Part shown: one piece after another, positions 19,335 through 30,730 of the stretch | Layout: each line of letters begins with the position of its first letter | Position numbering within the stretch: position 1 is the first letter of the stretch | NCBI GenBank assembly: GCA_945888065.1 | Contig: CAMCZU010000003.1 | Location: forward strand, 1,560-65,559 | DNA: 64,000 nucleotides | Direction: 5' to 3' | Origin: Rickettsia typhi | Lineage (GTDB): Bacteria > Pseudomonadota > Alphaproteobacteria > WRAU01 > Hepatincolaceae | Position numbers and translations under genes: made by a program | The notes under the pieces: generated by a model | Seen by the model: only the letters and a program-made list of their open reading frames with translations | The model's database searches: none | What the model was told of the DNA's origin: nothing

Positions 19335-19811
19335 ATGGATATAAAAAATAAAATTTTAAATTTTAGCTTACCAATTTTAAATAACTTAAATTTAAATATT
19401 GTAGATGTAAGAGTTTTAGGAGCTAAGTTTTTAACAATTCAAATTTTATTAGAAAAAAAAGATAATACATTAATTAATATTAGTGAGTGTGCTTTGTTTA
19501 GCAAAAAATTATCTTTTATATTAGATGAAAATGATTTTATGGATAAAGCATATAATTTAGAAGTTAGTTCAGCAGGTATTGATAGACCGCTTATTAACAA
19601 GGAAGATTTTATAAAATATGCTAAAAAAGATGTAATAATTAAAACAAATGTTTTAATTGATAATAAAAAAATTTTTAAAGGTATCTTGTTAGGATTACAC
19701 AATAACAATATACAGGTTAAAATTGAAGACGAGATTGTTAATCTTGATTTTTCTGTGGTAGATAAAGCAAATTTGGATATTATGAAAAATTATAATATAA
19801 ATGGAGACTAA
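19335..19811 (+). CDS. rimP: Ribosome maturation factor RimP
   Basis: YNLEVSSAGIDRPL motif. It lies immediately upstream of nusA. Confidence 0.9.
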   Translation: MDIKNKILNFSLPILNNLNLNIVDVRVLGAKFLTIQILLEKKDNTLINISECALFSKKLSFILDENDFMDKAYNLEVSSAGIDRPLINKEDFIKYAKKDVIIKTNVLIDNKKIFKGILLGLHNNNIQVKIEDEIVNLDFSVVDKANLDIMKNYNINGD

Positions 19812-21333
19812 AATGATAAAACACACATCTATGGTTAATTTAGAATTACAAGCAAGACCAGAGCTTCTTGAAATTGTTGAAAATTTATCAAAAGATAAAA
19901 ATATTTCAACAGAAGAAGTATTTGTTGCAATGGAATTTGCTATAAAAAAAGTTGCTGTGAATAAATATGGTAGTTTATATGATATTAGAAGCAAAATTAA
20001 TAGATCAAATGGTGCGATTATTATTCAAAAAGTTCTTAGTGTAGTAGAAAATGTTGAGAATTATTATTATGAAATTTCTTTGAATGATGCAAAAAAAATT
20101 AATCCAGATTCAGTGCTAGGAGATGAATTAATTGATATTTTACCAAGTCCTGAATTTACCAGAATTGATTTTCAACCATTTCGTCAAATGATTTTATTTA
20201 AAATAAGAGAAGCAGAAAAAGATAAAGAATACAATTTATATAAAGAAAAAGAAGGTGAAATAGTTAGTGCTACAGTTAAGCGTGTAGAAATGGGTAATGT
20301 ATTTTTAGAACTTAGCAATAAAGCAGAAGCATTTTTAAAAAGAGATATGTGTCTACCTCGTGAAAGGCTAGAAGTGGGAGACAGAATTAGAGCAGTTATT
20401 ATTGATGTGAAAAAAGATTATAAATCACCTCAAATTATTTTATCTAGAACACACGAGAGTTTTATTAAAAAATTATTTGCACAAGAAATTTCAGAAGTAT
20501 ATGAAGGAATTATAGAAATTAAGGCTATTTCAAGAGAGGCAGGATCAAGATCAAAGGTTGCAGTTATTTCTAAAGATCAATCAGTAGATCCAATTTCTAC
20601 TTGTATTGGTTTTAAAGGTTCAAGAATACAGGGTATTTTGAGTGAGCTAAAAGGTGAAAAAATAGATTTAGTTCATTATTCAGATAATATTGTGAATTTT
20701 GTTATTAATGCTTTTTATCCATCTCAAGTTTTAAAAGTTGTGGTTGATGAAGAAAAGCACTTTTTAGAAGTAGTATTAAAATTAGAAGCATTAAATTTAG
20801 CTATAGGAAGAGGTGGGCAAAATATTAATTTGGTTTCTAGGTTGGTTGGTTGGCATATTGATATTATGTCTGAAGAAGCAGAAAGAGAAAAACGTAATTT
20901 AGATTCTCAAAAAAAGATTTCTTATTTTAAAGAAGTTCTAGATGTAGATGAGGTTATAGCACAATTATTAGCCATTGAGGGTTTTGCTAGTGTAGAAGAT
21001 TTATTACACAATGACGGCTCTGCTTTGAAAGATATTAAAGAATTTAATGAAGATATTGTTGAAGAAATTATTATTAGATCAAAAGAATATTTAGAAGAAA
21101 AAAAGAAAGAATTAGTAAAAAAATTAGCAGATCTTAACATTGACAAATCATTAATTAATTTCTTTGATAATAAAGAAGAATTATTGTTATTACTTGCAAA
21201 TAATGGTATTAAAAGTTTATCTGATTTTGCAGATTTATCTATTTTTGAGCTACTTGATATAGTTCCAAAATCTATTTTAGATAAAAAAAATGCTGAAGAA
21301 TTAATTTTAAAAGCAAGAGAAATGTTAATATAA
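19801..21333 (+). CDS. nusA: Transcription termination/antitermination factor NusA
   Basis: N-terminal domain (ELLEIVENLSKDKNIS...), S1 (GDRIRAVIIDV), KH domains (IGFKGSRIQ, AIGRGGQNINL) and C-terminal HhH repeats. The start could instead be ATG 19813 or 19831. Confidence 0.95.
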   Translation: METKMIKHTSMVNLELQARPELLEIVENLSKDKNISTEEVFVAMEFAIKKVAVNKYGSLYDIRSKINRSNGAIIIQKVLSVVENVENYYYEISLNDAKKINPDSVLGDELIDILPSPEFTRIDFQPFRQMILFKIREAEKDKEYNLYKEKEGEIVSATVKRVEMGNVFLELSNKAEAFLKRDMCLPRERLEVGDRIRAVIIDVKKDYKSPQIILSRTHESFIKKLFAQEISEVYEGIIEIKAISREAGSRSKVAVISKDQSVDPISTCIGFKGSRIQGILSELKGEKIDLVHYSDNIVNFVINAFYPSQVLKVVVDEEKHFLEVVLKLEALNLAIGRGGQNINLVSRLVGWHIDIMSEEAEREKRNLDSQKKISYFKEVLDVDEVIAQLLAIEGFASVEDLLHNDGSALKDIKEFNEDIVEEIIIRSKEYLEEKKKELVKKLADLNIDKSLINFFDNKEELLLLLANNGIKSLSDFADLSIFELLDIVPKSILDKKNAEELILKAREMLI

Positions 21334-21383
21334 ACTATTATTAACATAATGAAAAATACAAGATTAAGCCAAGGAATTATATT

Positions 21384-23843
21384 ATGGTTGATGAAAATGA
21401 TAAAGTTATAAATGATAATAAAGAGATAAAAACTAAAAAGAAAACTCTTGTTTTATCTGGTTTATCTGTTAATAGGGCTAAACTAACAGATGTATCAGAG
21501 AAAAATATAAGGGGTAGGTCTGTATCTATAGAAATTAAGGGTAAAAAAAAGATAGAAGATATTAAGCCTGTTCTTAATGCTCAAGAATCTAAGTTAACTC
21601 AAGAAGAAAAAGAAAAACGTAGTAAGCTTGCAAATCAATATGACAAAATGATTGATAAAGAAGAAGATTCAGATAAAAATCTTTCTATTTCTTCTTTACA
21701 AGTAGTTGTTAAAGAGCCAGTTTTAAATAAAAATAAAGTAGACTTTGATCATAACCCTGAAAGTTCTGAGCAGAAACAAAGTATTAACAATGCTAATTAT
21801 CATAAAGATAAACCAACAGACATTGATTTTGATGACAATATAGATTCTAAAGATAAAAAGTCAAAAATTGATAAAAAAAAGTTATTAGAAACAGAAGAAA
21901 AAAAGAAAGCTAATTTAAATAATTGGAAAAATTTATATACATATCAAATTAAATCAGATGAAGAAGATACTATTTCAGATGATGATTTAATAGAAGAAGA
22001 GATAGAAGAGGTTGTTGAAGCAAAGCCAAAATATATTTCAACCATTAAAAGAAAAAATAAACACTATAAATTTAATACTGAAAAGTTAAAAAAAACTATT
22101 GAATTAGATAATGATGTTGTAGTTAAAGATTTAGCTTTAGCCTTAGCCGAAAAGCATTCAGTTGTGTTAAAAATGTTAAGTAAGTTAGGGGTAGATGTAG
22201 GCGAGGGAGATACAATAGATAGGGAAACGGCTGTTCTATTAGCAGAAGAGTTGGGGCATACTGTTAAGTTAATTAATGCTAATGCTATTGAGGATGAATT
22301 TTTAAAATTCCAAGATAACTTAGAAGATTTAAAAGAAAGACCTCCTGTAGTGGCAATTATGGGTCATGTTGATCATGGTAAAACAACTTTGTTAGATATT
22401 ATAAGAAAAACTAATGTTGCAGATAAAGAATCTGGTGGTATAACACAACACATCGGTGCTTATCAAATTAAAACTAGTTCAGGTAAGGTTATTACTTTTT
22501 TAGATACTCCTGGGCACGAAGCATTTAGCCAGATTCGTGCAAGAGGATCAAAAATAACAGATATTGCAATTATAGTTGTAGCAGCTGATGATGGTGTTAA
22601 ACCTCAAACTATTGAGGCTTTAAATCACGCTAAACTTGCTAATGTGCCAATTATTATTGCAATTAATAAGATTGATAAGCCAGATAAAAATGTTCAAAAA
22701 GTTAAAACTGAATTATTGCAACAAAATATAGTGCTAGAAGATTTAGGGGGCGATGTTTTAAGTGTAGAAATTTCAGCAAAAACAAATGTAGGTATAGATA
22801 AACTATTAGAAACAATTTTATTGCAAACAGAAATGTTAGAATTAAAATCTAATTATAAGGCTTTAGCTAAAGGTAGTGTAATAGAGGTTAAGGTTGTAAA
22901 GGGTCTTGGTTGTTTTGCAAGTGTTTTAGTAGAAAGAGGAGAATTAAAAATTGGGGATTTATTTGTTTGTGGAAATGTATCAGGTAAGGTAAAGGTAATG
23001 ATTGATGATAAAGGAGAGCGATTAAAAGTTGCTTACCCATCACAACCTATTGAAATATCAGGCTTTGAAGATGTAGTTCAAGCAGGTGATGATTTTATTG
23101 TTGTTCCAAACGAAGGAAAATTAAATGAATTATTAGAGTATAGGCGTAAAAAATCAAACAACGTCAACTTAAATACTACAAAAAATATAGATATAGGAAA
23201 TTTATTAAGTCAAGATTATAGTGATGTAAAAACATTATCTGTAATTATTAAAACAGATGCTCAAGGTTCGCTAGAAGCAATTTTAGGGTCTATTGAAAAA
23301 ATTCAGCACAAAGATGTTAATATTAAAATTATTCATAGTGCTGTTGGTGAAATTAGTGAATCTGATGTAATGATGGCAAAAATTGGTAAAGCAGTATTAA
23401 TTGGTTTTCATAGTAGAGCTAATGCAAAAGCAAAAGATTTAGCTAAAAGAGATTCTATTGAAATAAGATATCATTCAATTATTTATAATTTAATTGATGA
23501 TATAAAATTAATTATGAGTGGAATGCTTGATCCTGATATTGTAGAAAATATCATTGGATATGCTGAAGTTAGAGAAGTGTTTAATGTAACTAAAATTGGC
23601 AAAATAGCTGGTTGTTTTGTAACAGAAGGGGTTTTAAAAAGATCTGCTTTTGTAAGAGTATTAAGAAAAAACATAGTGATTCACGATGGAGTTTTGTCTC
23701 AATTAAAACGCTTTAAGGACGATGTTAAAGAAGTAAAGCATACCTTTGAATGTGGTGTTATGGTAGAAAATTATAATGACATTGAGCCTCTTGATATGAT
23801 TGAGTGTTATGAAAAAGTAGAAGTAAAACAAGAGTTGTCTTAA
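21384..23843 (+). CDS. infB: Translation initiation factor IF-2
   Basis: [20 protein letters not shown] and NKIDK G-domain motifs. The N-terminal region is Lys/Glu/Asp-rich. Confidence 0.98.
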   Translation: MVDENDKVINDNKEIKTKKKTLVLSGLSVNRAKLTDVSEKNIRGRSVSIEIKGKKKIEDIKPVLNAQESKLTQEEKEKRSKLANQYDKMIDKEEDSDKNLSISSLQVVVKEPVLNKNKVDFDHNPESSEQKQSINNANYHKDKPTDIDFDDNIDSKDKKSKIDKKKLLETEEKKKANLNNWKNLYTYQIKSDEEDTISDDDLIEEEIEEVVEAKPKYISTIKRKNKHYKFNTEKLKKTIELDNDVVVKDLALALAEKHSVVLKMLSKLGVDVGEGDTIDRETAVLLAEELGHTVKLINANAIEDEFLKFQDNLEDLKERPPVVAIMGHVDHGKTTLLDIIRKTNVADKESGGITQHIGAYQIKTSSGKVITFLDTPGHEAFSQIRARGSKITDIAIIVVAADDGVKPQTIEALNHAKLANVPIIIAINKIDKPDKNVQKVKTELLQQNIVLEDLGGDVLSVEISAKTNVGIDKLLETILLQTEMLELKSNYKALAKGSVIEVKVVKGLGCFASVLVERGELKIGDLFVCGNVSGKVKVMIDDKGERLKVAYPSQPIEISGFEDVVQAGDDFIVVPNEGKLNELLEYRRKKSNNVNLNTTKNIDIGNLLSQDYSDVKTLSVIIKTDAQGSLEAILGSIEKIQHKDVNIKIIHSAVGEISESDVMMAKIGKAVLIGFHSRANAKAKDLAKRDSIEIRYHSIIYNLIDDIKLIMSGMLDPDIVENIIGYAEVREVFNVTKIGKIAGCFVTEGVLKRSAFVRVLRKNIVIHDGVLSQLKRFKDDVKEVKHTFECGVMVENYNDIEPLDMIECYEKVEVKQELS

Positions 23844-24220
23844 TGTTTAAGAATGAGATTTTTAAAAAAGATAGTATCTCTAAAAGACCAATTCAAGTAA
23901 GTAAAGAAATTAAAGCTATTATTTCTGATTTATTAGTTAAGTCTAAAATAAAAGATCCTATTCTTTTTGATGCATCTATAATTATTAGTGAAGTTATAAC
24001 AACTAATGATTTTTCTTATGCTAAGGTTTATTTTTATCCACTGGGAAGTTTGTTAAACCCTCAAGATACTTTGAAAGCTTTAAATAAAAATGCAGGTATT
24101 TTTAGAAAATATATAGGCAAAAAACTTCATATTAGGCATATCCCAGAAATAGAATTCTATTTAGATAATCAATTTGATAAATTAGAAAAAGTAGAAGAAA
24201 TGTTTAAAAAAATAAAATAA
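23843..24220 (+). CDS. rbfA: Ribosome-binding factor A
   Basis: 125 aa. Its ATG overlaps the infB stop (TAATG). Canonical infB-rbfA-truB position. KH-like pattern (RPIQVSKEIKAIISDLL ... HIRHIPEIEF). Confidence 0.88.
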   Translation: MFKNEIFKKDSISKRPIQVSKEIKAIISDLLVKSKIKDPILFDASIIISEVITTNDFSYAKVYFYPLGSLLNPQDTLKALNKNAGIFRKYIGKKLHIRHIPEIEFYLDNQFDKLEKVEEMFKKIK

Positions 24221-24224
24221 AAAA

Positions 24225-25166
24225 TTGTCAAATAAAAAAAATAATATTAATGGCTGGATATTTGTAGATAAGCCTAAAAATTTTACTTCTCAAGATGTGC
24301 TTAATGTTTTAAAAAAAATTTTTTCTCCAACAAAAATTGGTCATGGGGGAACTTTAGATCCTTTAGCACAAGGTATCCTACCCGTGTGTTTTGGGGAAGC
24401 AACTAAAACTTTAGATTATGTATTAAATGCCAATAAAACATATGAATTTAGTATTTCATTTGGTATTGAAACTACAACTGATGATTTAGAGGGTGAAATT
24501 ATTAATAAAAATGATTTTATGCCATCACAAGAAATTTTAATAAATAGTCTAAGATTGTTTAGAGGAAACATTGAACAAGTTCCATCAAAATTTTCTGCAA
24601 TTAAAATTAATGGTAAAAAATCTTATGATTTAGCTAGAAAAGGTATAGAGTTTGATATGCCTAAAAGATTTGTCAATATAATATCTTTAGAGTTATTAGA
24701 TTATAATTTTTTACAAAAAACAGCTACATTTAAGGCTAATGTATCTAAGGGAACATACATTAGAACATTAGCTAAAGATATAGCTAAATCTGTAGGTGCT
24801 TTTGGAGTGGTATCATATTTAAAAAGAACTAAAATAGATATAAATAAAGAAATAATTTTAATTTCTTTAAATAATTTGTATAATATGGAATATTACTTAA
24901 GTAATAAAAAAATATTTTGGAGTATAGAAGATATGCTGGATGACATCTCGGCTTATCAACTAACTAAATTACAAGCTTTACATTTATTAAATGGGAATGT
25001 AGGTAGTTTAGATTTTCCAAATATTACAAGTGGAGTTTTAAAGGCAATGTATCAAGATAAAATAATAGCTTTATTAAATTATCAAGATTCAGAATTTAAA
25101 ATTTTGCGAGTATTTAATATGTATAAAGAATTAATTAATAATAAGGAGTGTAGCGATGTCAATTAA
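24225..25166 (+). CDS. truB: tRNA pseudouridine55 synthase TruB
   Basis: [23 protein letters not shown] carries the catalytic Asp motif. TTG start. Confidence 0.94.
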   Translation: MSNKKNNINGWIFVDKPKNFTSQDVLNVLKKIFSPTKIGHGGTLDPLAQGILPVCFGEATKTLDYVLNANKTYEFSISFGIETTTDDLEGEIINKNDFMPSQEILINSLRLFRGNIEQVPSKFSAIKINGKKSYDLARKGIEFDMPKRFVNIISLELLDYNFLQKTATFKANVSKGTYIRTLAKDIAKSVGAFGVVSYLKRTKIDINKEIILISLNNLYNMEYYLSNKKIFWSIEDMLDDISAYQLTKLQALHLLNGNVGSLDFPNITSGVLKAMYQDKIIALLNYQDSEFKILRVFNMYKELINNKECSDVN

Positions 25167-25431
25167 TAAAGAAAAAAAGAAAGAAGTAATAACAAGTTTT
25201 GCATTAAAAGCAGGTGATACTGGTTCTCCTGAAGTACAAATAGCTGTGTTAACTGAAAGGATAAAAAATCTAACAGAACATATGAAAGATCATAAAAAAG
25301 ATTTTCATTCAAGAAGAGGCTTATTAATGATGGTTAGCAGAAGAAAAAAATTATTAACATATTTAAAAAAGAATCAAAATAGTCGTTATGAGGTTATATT
25401 AGAAAAATTAAATTTACGAGGAGTTAAATAG
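25156..25431 (+). CDS. rpsO: 30S ribosomal protein S15
   Basis: [51 protein letters not shown]. An AAGGAG Shine-Dalgarno lies at 25143-25148. Confidence 0.98.
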   Translation: MSINKEKKKEVITSFALKAGDTGSPEVQIAVLTERIKNLTEHMKDHKKDFHSRRGLLMMVSRRKKLLTYLKKNQNSRYEVILEKLNLRGVK

Positions 25432-25433
25432 TA

Positions 25434-27518
25434 GTGTTTAACATTATAGAAAAAAAAATACTTTGGGCTGATAGAGAATTAAAATTACAAACAGGAAAAA
25501 TTGCAAGACAGGCTGATGGTGCTGTTGTAGCAAGTTATGGAGATACTCAGGTTTTAGCAACCGTAGTGTTTGCTAAGGAAGAAAAAGAGGGTGTTGATTT
25601 TTTTCCATTAAGTGTTCATTATCAAGATAAATATTATGCAGTTGGCAAAATTCCAGGTGGTTTTTTTAAAAGAGAAACAAAACCATCTGAAAAAGAAGTC
25701 TTATTTTCTAGGCTTATTGATAGACCAATTCGCCCACTTTTTGATGATAAATTTAGAAATGAAGTGCAAGTAATTGTATCTGTTTTAAATTATGATAATT
25801 CTATACCTTTAGATGTTTTGTCTATAATTGCATCTTCTGCAGCTTTAGCAATTTCTGGAGTACCAATTGTTGCTACTATTGGAGCTGCTAAAGTTGGCTA
25901 CATTGATGGAGAATATGTTTTAAACCCATCTAACTCTGTTTTAGCAAAATCATCTTTAGAGCTTGTGGTAGCAGGAACCACAGAAGGTGTTTTAATGGTA
26001 GAATCTGAAGCTTCTGAACTTAGCGAATCGCAAATGCTAGAAGCTGTTAAATTTGCACATAAAAGTTTTAAAACAATAATTCAATTTATAGAAGATTTTA
26101 AAGTAGCTGTTAATAAGCCAAAATTTGAATTTGTAATACCTAATAAAGATGAAGTAGATGCTTTTTATAATAAATTATCATCTTTAGTATCTGATAAATT
26201 AAGAATTGCTTTTGAAAATGTAGAAAAAACACAAAGATATAATGCAATTGATTTAGTAGAAAAAGAAGCAAAAGATTTGTTATTAAAAGAATATTCTGAA
26301 GATTTTATAGCTAAGCATTTTAAAGAAAATTTTAAAAATTTAGAAAAGCATATTGTTAGAGGAAATATTTTAGATAAAAACATTAGAATTGATGGTAGAA
26401 AATTAAACCAAATTAGACCAATTGAGGTAGAAATTGATTTGTTTTCTAAAACTCACGGAAGTGCTTTGTTTACAAGGGGTGAAACTCAAGCTTTAGTAAT
26501 TACAACATTAGGCACAGATTCTGATGAACAAATTATTGATGGTATTGAAGGTGAATCTAAAGATAGGTTTATGTTGAATTATAACTTCCCTCCTTTTTCT
26601 GTTGGAGAAATTGGCAGAGTTGGTGCACCAGGAAGAAGAGAAGTAGGACACGGAAAATTAGCTTGGAGAGCTATTAATCCTATGTTGCCATCAAGAGAAA
26701 GCTTTCCTTATGCTATTCGTGTTGTATCTGAAATTACAGAAAGCAATGGTTCTTCATCTATGGCTACTGTTTGTGGAACATCTTTATCTTTGATGTCTGC
26801 TGGGGTTCCTATAAAAAAGCCTGTTGCTGGTATTGCTATGGGTTTAATTTCTGAAAAAAATAAGTTTGCAGTGCTTTCTGATATTTTAGGGGATGAAGAT
26901 CATCTAGGAGATATGGATTTTAAAGTTGCAGGAACTTTAGAGGGAATAACATCTTTACAAATGGATATAAAAATTACATCTATTAGTTATGAAATTATGG
27001 AAACTGCTTTAAATCAAGCTTTAGATGGTAGAAACCACATTTTGGGTGTTATGTCTAAGGTAATATCTAGCCATAAAAGCAATGTAAGTGATAGTGCTCC
27101 TAAAATTCATACTCTACAAATTCATAAAGATAAAATTAAAGAAGTAATTGGTTCTGGTGGAAAAGTTATTAAAGAAATTTGTGAAGTTAATGATGTAAAA
27201 ATTGAAATTAGCAACGAAGGATTAGTAAAAATTTATGGCAAAAATCAGAAATCTTTAGAGAATGCTTTAAACACAATTCAAGGTATTGTTGCAGTTCCTG
27301 AAATCAATAAAGATTACAGCGGAAAAGTTGTAAAAGTATTAGAATTTGGTGCTTTTATTAATTTTGTTGGAAACGTAGATGGATTTTTACATGTAAGTGA
27401 AATTACACCAGATAGAAATAGTAATATTAACGATTTTATTAAAGCTGGTGATATTGTAAATGTAAAAGTTGTGCAAATTGATGATAAAGGGAAAATAAAG
27501 CTATCTTTAAACAAATAG
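25434..27518 (+). CDS. pnp: Polyribonucleotide nucleotidyltransferase (PNPase)
   Basis: Two RNase PH domains (FMLNYNFPPFSVGE, DHLGDMDFKVAGT), KH (GSGGKVIKEI) and S1 (GKVVKVLEFGAFINF). GTG start. Confidence 0.98.
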   Translation: MFNIIEKKILWADRELKLQTGKIARQADGAVVASYGDTQVLATVVFAKEEKEGVDFFPLSVHYQDKYYAVGKIPGGFFKRETKPSEKEVLFSRLIDRPIRPLFDDKFRNEVQVIVSVLNYDNSIPLDVLSIIASSAALAISGVPIVATIGAAKVGYIDGEYVLNPSNSVLAKSSLELVVAGTTEGVLMVESEASELSESQMLEAVKFAHKSFKTIIQFIEDFKVAVNKPKFEFVIPNKDEVDAFYNKLSSLVSDKLRIAFENVEKTQRYNAIDLVEKEAKDLLLKEYSEDFIAKHFKENFKNLEKHIVRGNILDKNIRIDGRKLNQIRPIEVEIDLFSKTHGSALFTRGETQALVITTLGTDSDEQIIDGIEGESKDRFMLNYNFPPFSVGEIGRVGAPGRREVGHGKLAWRAINPMLPSRESFPYAIRVVSEITESNGSSSMATVCGTSLSLMSAGVPIKKPVAGIAMGLISEKNKFAVLSDILGDEDHLGDMDFKVAGTLEGITSLQMDIKITSISYEIMETALNQALDGRNHILGVMSKVISSHKSNVSDSAPKIHTLQIHKDKIKEVIGSGGKVIKEICEVNDVKIEISNEGLVKIYGKNQKSLENALNTIQGIVAVPEINKDYSGKVVKVLEFGAFINFVGNVDGFLHVSEITPDRNSNINDFIKAGDIVNVKVVQIDDKGKIKLSLNK

Positions 27519-27527
27519 GGTAATTAA

Positions 27528-28931
27528 ATGATAAAAGTTAATAAACTAAATATTTCTGGTAAATTGGTTTTCCCAATTATAGAAGGTGGAAAAGGTATTA
27601 ATATATCAAACGGACTAACAGCAGGTAGTTTTGCAAAAGCAGGAGCGGTTGGCACTATATCAGGAACTAATCCAGATTTTTATGATGAAAAAGGTAATTT
27701 AGTTCGCTATATTTATAACAAAGCTTTAAGTAGAAAAGAAAAATTTGAACAACTTGTTAAATATAGCATTATGGGTGGTATTGCTCAGGCAAAAATAGCT
27801 AATGATATTTCAGGTGGCAATGGTAGAGTTCATATGAATTTTTTATGGGAAGCAGGAGGGACCCGTCGCATCATAAATGGAGTGTTAGATCAAGTGAAAG
27901 GATTGATACACGGAATTACTTGTGGTGCAGGATTGCCATATGCTTTGTCAGAAATTGCAAAAAAATATAATGTTTATTATTATCCAATTATTTCTTCAGC
28001 AAGAGCTTTTAGAGTTTTATGGAAAAGAGCATACAAAGATGTAGCTAATTTATTAGGTGGTGTTGTTTATGAAGATCCTTGGTTAGCAGGTGGGCATAAT
28101 GGACTTTCTAATGCAGAAGATCCAAAAATTATGCAAGATCCATATCATAGAATTGTAGAATTAAGAAAAAGCTTATCTGAATTTAAGTTAGATCATGTTC
28201 CAATTGTAATTGCAGGGGGAGTTTGGCATTTATCTGATTGGTCTAATTATATAGATAACAAAGAAGTTGGTTTAGTATCGTTTCAATTTGGAACTCGTCC
28301 GCTTTTAACTAAAGAAAGCCCAATTCCAAATGAATGGAAAAAGCTATTAACTACTCTAAAAGATGGTGATATTTCATTACATCGTTTTTCTCCTACTGGC
28401 TTTTATTCTTCTGCTATTGTAAATGATTTTTTAAAAGAATTACAACACAGAGAAATCACTCAAATGATGGCTTCTAGAAAATTAGATGGAGACTTTAAAA
28501 ATGAAGTTCCATCTGGAAATGGTATAACATCTTTTTATGTAAAAGATGAAGATTATAACAGAGCATTAAATTATATTGCATCAGGACATAATATTTTACT
28601 TAGAACCCCAGATAAAACTATTATTTTTGTTAATAAAGAAATGGCAAATAAAATTAAACAAGATCAAATTGATTGTATGGGTTGTTTAAGTGCTTGTAGA
28701 TTCTCTGGTTGGTCTGACCATAATGAACAAAATTCTACAGGAATTTTACCTGATCCTAGGTCTTTTTGTATTCAAAGCACTCTACAAGATTTAGGCCACG
28801 GCGGAGGAATAGAAAAAAATTTATTATTCTCAGGTCACCACGCTTATAAATTTGCTAGCGATCCTTTGTATAAAAATGGCAATATTCCAAGTATTTCTCA
28901 GTTAATTGAGCAAATATTATTAGGCAAATAA
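27528..28931 (+). CDS. Nitronate monooxygenase/NPD-family flavin oxidoreductase (FabK-like fold), long 467-aa form
   Basis: N-terminal FPIIEGGKGINISNGLTAGSFAKAGAVGTIS resembles the NMO/FabK FMN-barrel start (PIIQGGMG...LA.AV..AGG.GTI). A Cys cluster CMGCLSACRFSGW lies near the C-terminus. Confidence 0.65.
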   Translation: MIKVNKLNISGKLVFPIIEGGKGINISNGLTAGSFAKAGAVGTISGTNPDFYDEKGNLVRYIYNKALSRKEKFEQLVKYSIMGGIAQAKIANDISGGNGRVHMNFLWEAGGTRRIINGVLDQVKGLIHGITCGAGLPYALSEIAKKYNVYYYPIISSARAFRVLWKRAYKDVANLLGGVVYEDPWLAGGHNGLSNAEDPKIMQDPYHRIVELRKSLSEFKLDHVPIVIAGGVWHLSDWSNYIDNKEVGLVSFQFGTRPLLTKESPIPNEWKKLLTTLKDGDISLHRFSPTGFYSSAIVNDFLKELQHREITQMMASRKLDGDFKNEVPSGNGITSFYVKDEDYNRALNYIASGHNILLRTPDKTIIFVNKEMANKIKQDQIDCMGCLSACRFSGWSDHNEQNSTGILPDPRSFCIQSTLQDLGHGGGIEKNLLFSGHHAYKFASDPLYKNGNIPSISQLIEQILLGK

Positions 28932-29036
28932 TTGATAAAGATTGCTTATATGAAAAAGTTTATGCAAGATTTTAAGTTTGATAAAAAACATAAAAAATTA
29001 GATTAAGCCTAAATGTATTGTCCAGAGTGTGGTATT

Positions 29037-29537
29037 TTAATCTATACCCCAAAGATCTTTTTTTTCTATCCACCCACTTATAGTGGTATCTTCGTATTTT
29101 AGTGTAATTTTACAAAAAAAGCTGTTATCACAATGAGATATATTAACTATATAGTTATTTTTAATAATAGCTATTTGTTTAGAATCTACATTAGCTATAG
29201 AATATAAAATTGTTGAGTTATTAATTGTAATTGCACTATGTTTTTTGCTGGTAAGATTAATATAAATCCATCCTTGATTATTTAAGTAATCTACTACCTG
29301 ATACCACTCATTGTGTTTTTGAATTACCTTAAGGGGAAAATTTTTCGCATTATATGATAAAACAATAGGATAATCTTTTGATGGCCCACTTCTTAAATTT
29401 GCTTCATTATTTTTTGTGCTAATATAAAAAGGAAAAGATATGTTTTGTTTATTTTGTGAATATAGTTTAATTATAATAGATGTAGATAGTATAACAATAC
29501 TTAGCACTATAATTAATATAAGATTAATTTTATTCAT
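29037..29537 (-). CDS. Secreted/membrane-anchored double SH3b-domain protein
   Basis: N-terminal hydrophobic anchor. ANLRSGPSKDYPIVLSY...PLKVIQKHNEWYQV...GWI is a bacterial SH3 pattern, and a second similar unit follows (TILYSIANVDSKQIAIIKNN...SGWIEKKDLWG). Confidence 0.7.
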   Translation of the reverse strand: MNKINLILIIVLSIVILSTSIIIKLYSQNKQNISFPFYISTKNNEANLRSGPSKDYPIVLSYNAKNFPLKVIQKHNEWYQVVDYLNNQGWIYINLTSKKHSAITINNSTILYSIANVDSKQIAIIKNNYIVNISHCDNSFFCKITLKYEDTTISGWIEKKDLWGID

Positions 29538-29543
29538 ATTGCA

Positions 29544-30704
29544 CTATATATAATTGTTCCAAAAATTACTATCTTTTATGTATTTCTTTTGAATTATATT
29601 TAAAATAGCATCATAATTTTTTTCTTTTTCTAATAAAGAAATTTGGCTGAAGAGTTTATATTTGTTTGTATCTGAAATTTTAGACAAATCATTATATACT
29701 TCTAATAATTTATTAAATTTAATATTAAACTCTGCTTTTAGTAATAAATTTAATTCTTTATTGTCTGAAGAATGTTCTACATATTCTAAATGATCTTTTA
29801 AACTTTCATAGTTATCTTCTTGATAGTATTTTATATATAATTTTAGAGAGTCATAATTAGGATTGTATCTCCACATTTTAATTAGTAATTTATTAATGGA
29901 ATCTCTTTTATTTTCACTTAATAAAGATTTACATAGTATGCTATACATTGGTGAAAAATCTGGGTATTTTTTAATAGTTTCGTTTGCTAATTGGTTAAGC
30001 ATATCTAAATTATTATTAGTTAAGTAAAAAGAACATATTTTATATTGTATTAGACAATAATATTTCTTTTTATTTATAGAAGATGTAAATTTAACATTGT
30101 TAATATTATTAAGCAAGTAGTTAAGAGTTTCAATTTGATTGTCTTGAAATGCCTTGTTAAAAATTAATTTAAAAAATAATTCATTAAAACTATGTTTATT
30201 GATAATATATTTTTTTACAAGTTCATCAATCATTTTAGGACTATTAATTGCATAGTAAATAAAAGCTTGATAATAATCTGCAATAAATTGAATATTTTGT
30301 GGAAAAGAATGTTTTTGAGCTAAATGTAAGGCTTTTTGGTATTGTTGTTGGTTAATATATTCTTTAATGGCACTTAAATTGTTAATATTTTTTATAGATA
30401 CATTGTATTTTAAAAGTAATATTAAAAATAATTTTTCTTCTTCTAAATTTAATTCTTCTATGTTGTTAGTTATAGCAGATACAAATCTATTATGATTAAT
30501 GCGATGTTTAATTTTTTTACTCAATTTATTAAAAAAAATAAAAGGTAATAATGTTATACTAAGTAATAGTATTAAATTAAACACATTAGTATTTATAATG
30601 TAATTACCTAATTGAATATGAATATCTGTATGTATAGAATAAAGCCATACTATCAGTGTTGTAAAAAGAATTATAAAAATAATTTTGAATATAAACTTAA
30701 ACAT
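29544..30704 (-). CDS. HemY_N/Orf52-like membrane protein with helical-repeat (TPR-like) C-terminal region
   Basis: Two N-terminal TM helices (IIFIILFTTLIVWLYSI; VFNLILLLSITLLPFIFF) are followed by about 300 aa of helical repeat. It lies downstream of the Mic60-like gene, as described for alphaproteobacteria. Confidence 0.6.
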   Translation of the reverse strand: MFKFIFKIIFIILFTTLIVWLYSIHTDIHIQLGNYIINTNVFNLILLLSITLLPFIFFNKLSKKIKHRINHNRFVSAITNNIEELNLEEEKLFLILLLKYNVSIKNINNLSAIKEYINQQQYQKALHLAQKHSFPQNIQFIADYYQAFIYYAINSPKMIDELVKKYIINKHSFNELFFKLIFNKAFQDNQIETLNYLLNNINNVKFTSSINKKKYYCLIQYKICSFYLTNNNLDMLNQLANETIKKYPDFSPMYSILCKSLLSENKRDSINKLLIKMWRYNPNYDSLKLYIKYYQEDNYESLKDHLEYVEHSSDNKELNLLLKAEFNIKFNKLLEVYNDLSKISDTNKYKLFSQISLLEKEKNYDAILNIIQKKYIKDSNFWNNYI

Positions 30705-30730
30705 AACATATCCTTGAGTTTAAAATTGCA

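Noticed and set aside
19439-19994. Two antisense ORFs (89 and 99 aa) across rimP and the nusA start
   Set aside because: They lie opposite well-supported conserved genes. The translations are hydrophobic low-complexity strings typical of antisense reading of Lys/Glu/Asn-rich genes.
20922-21347. 141-aa ORF antisense to the nusA C-terminal region
   Set aside because: It is the longest shadow ORF in the window, but it is Ser/Phe/Ile/Asn-rich with no recognisable domain, start context or independent spacer. The sense strand encodes the conserved NusA HhH repeats.
29013-29102. 29-aa plus-strand mini-ORF beginning MYCPECG (zinc-ribbon-like start) in the pnp-side convergent spacer
   Set aside because: It has only one CxxC pair, runs into the antisense of the SH3 gene and ends after 29 codons. 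It could be a relic of a lost zinc-ribbon gene, but nothing else supports it.
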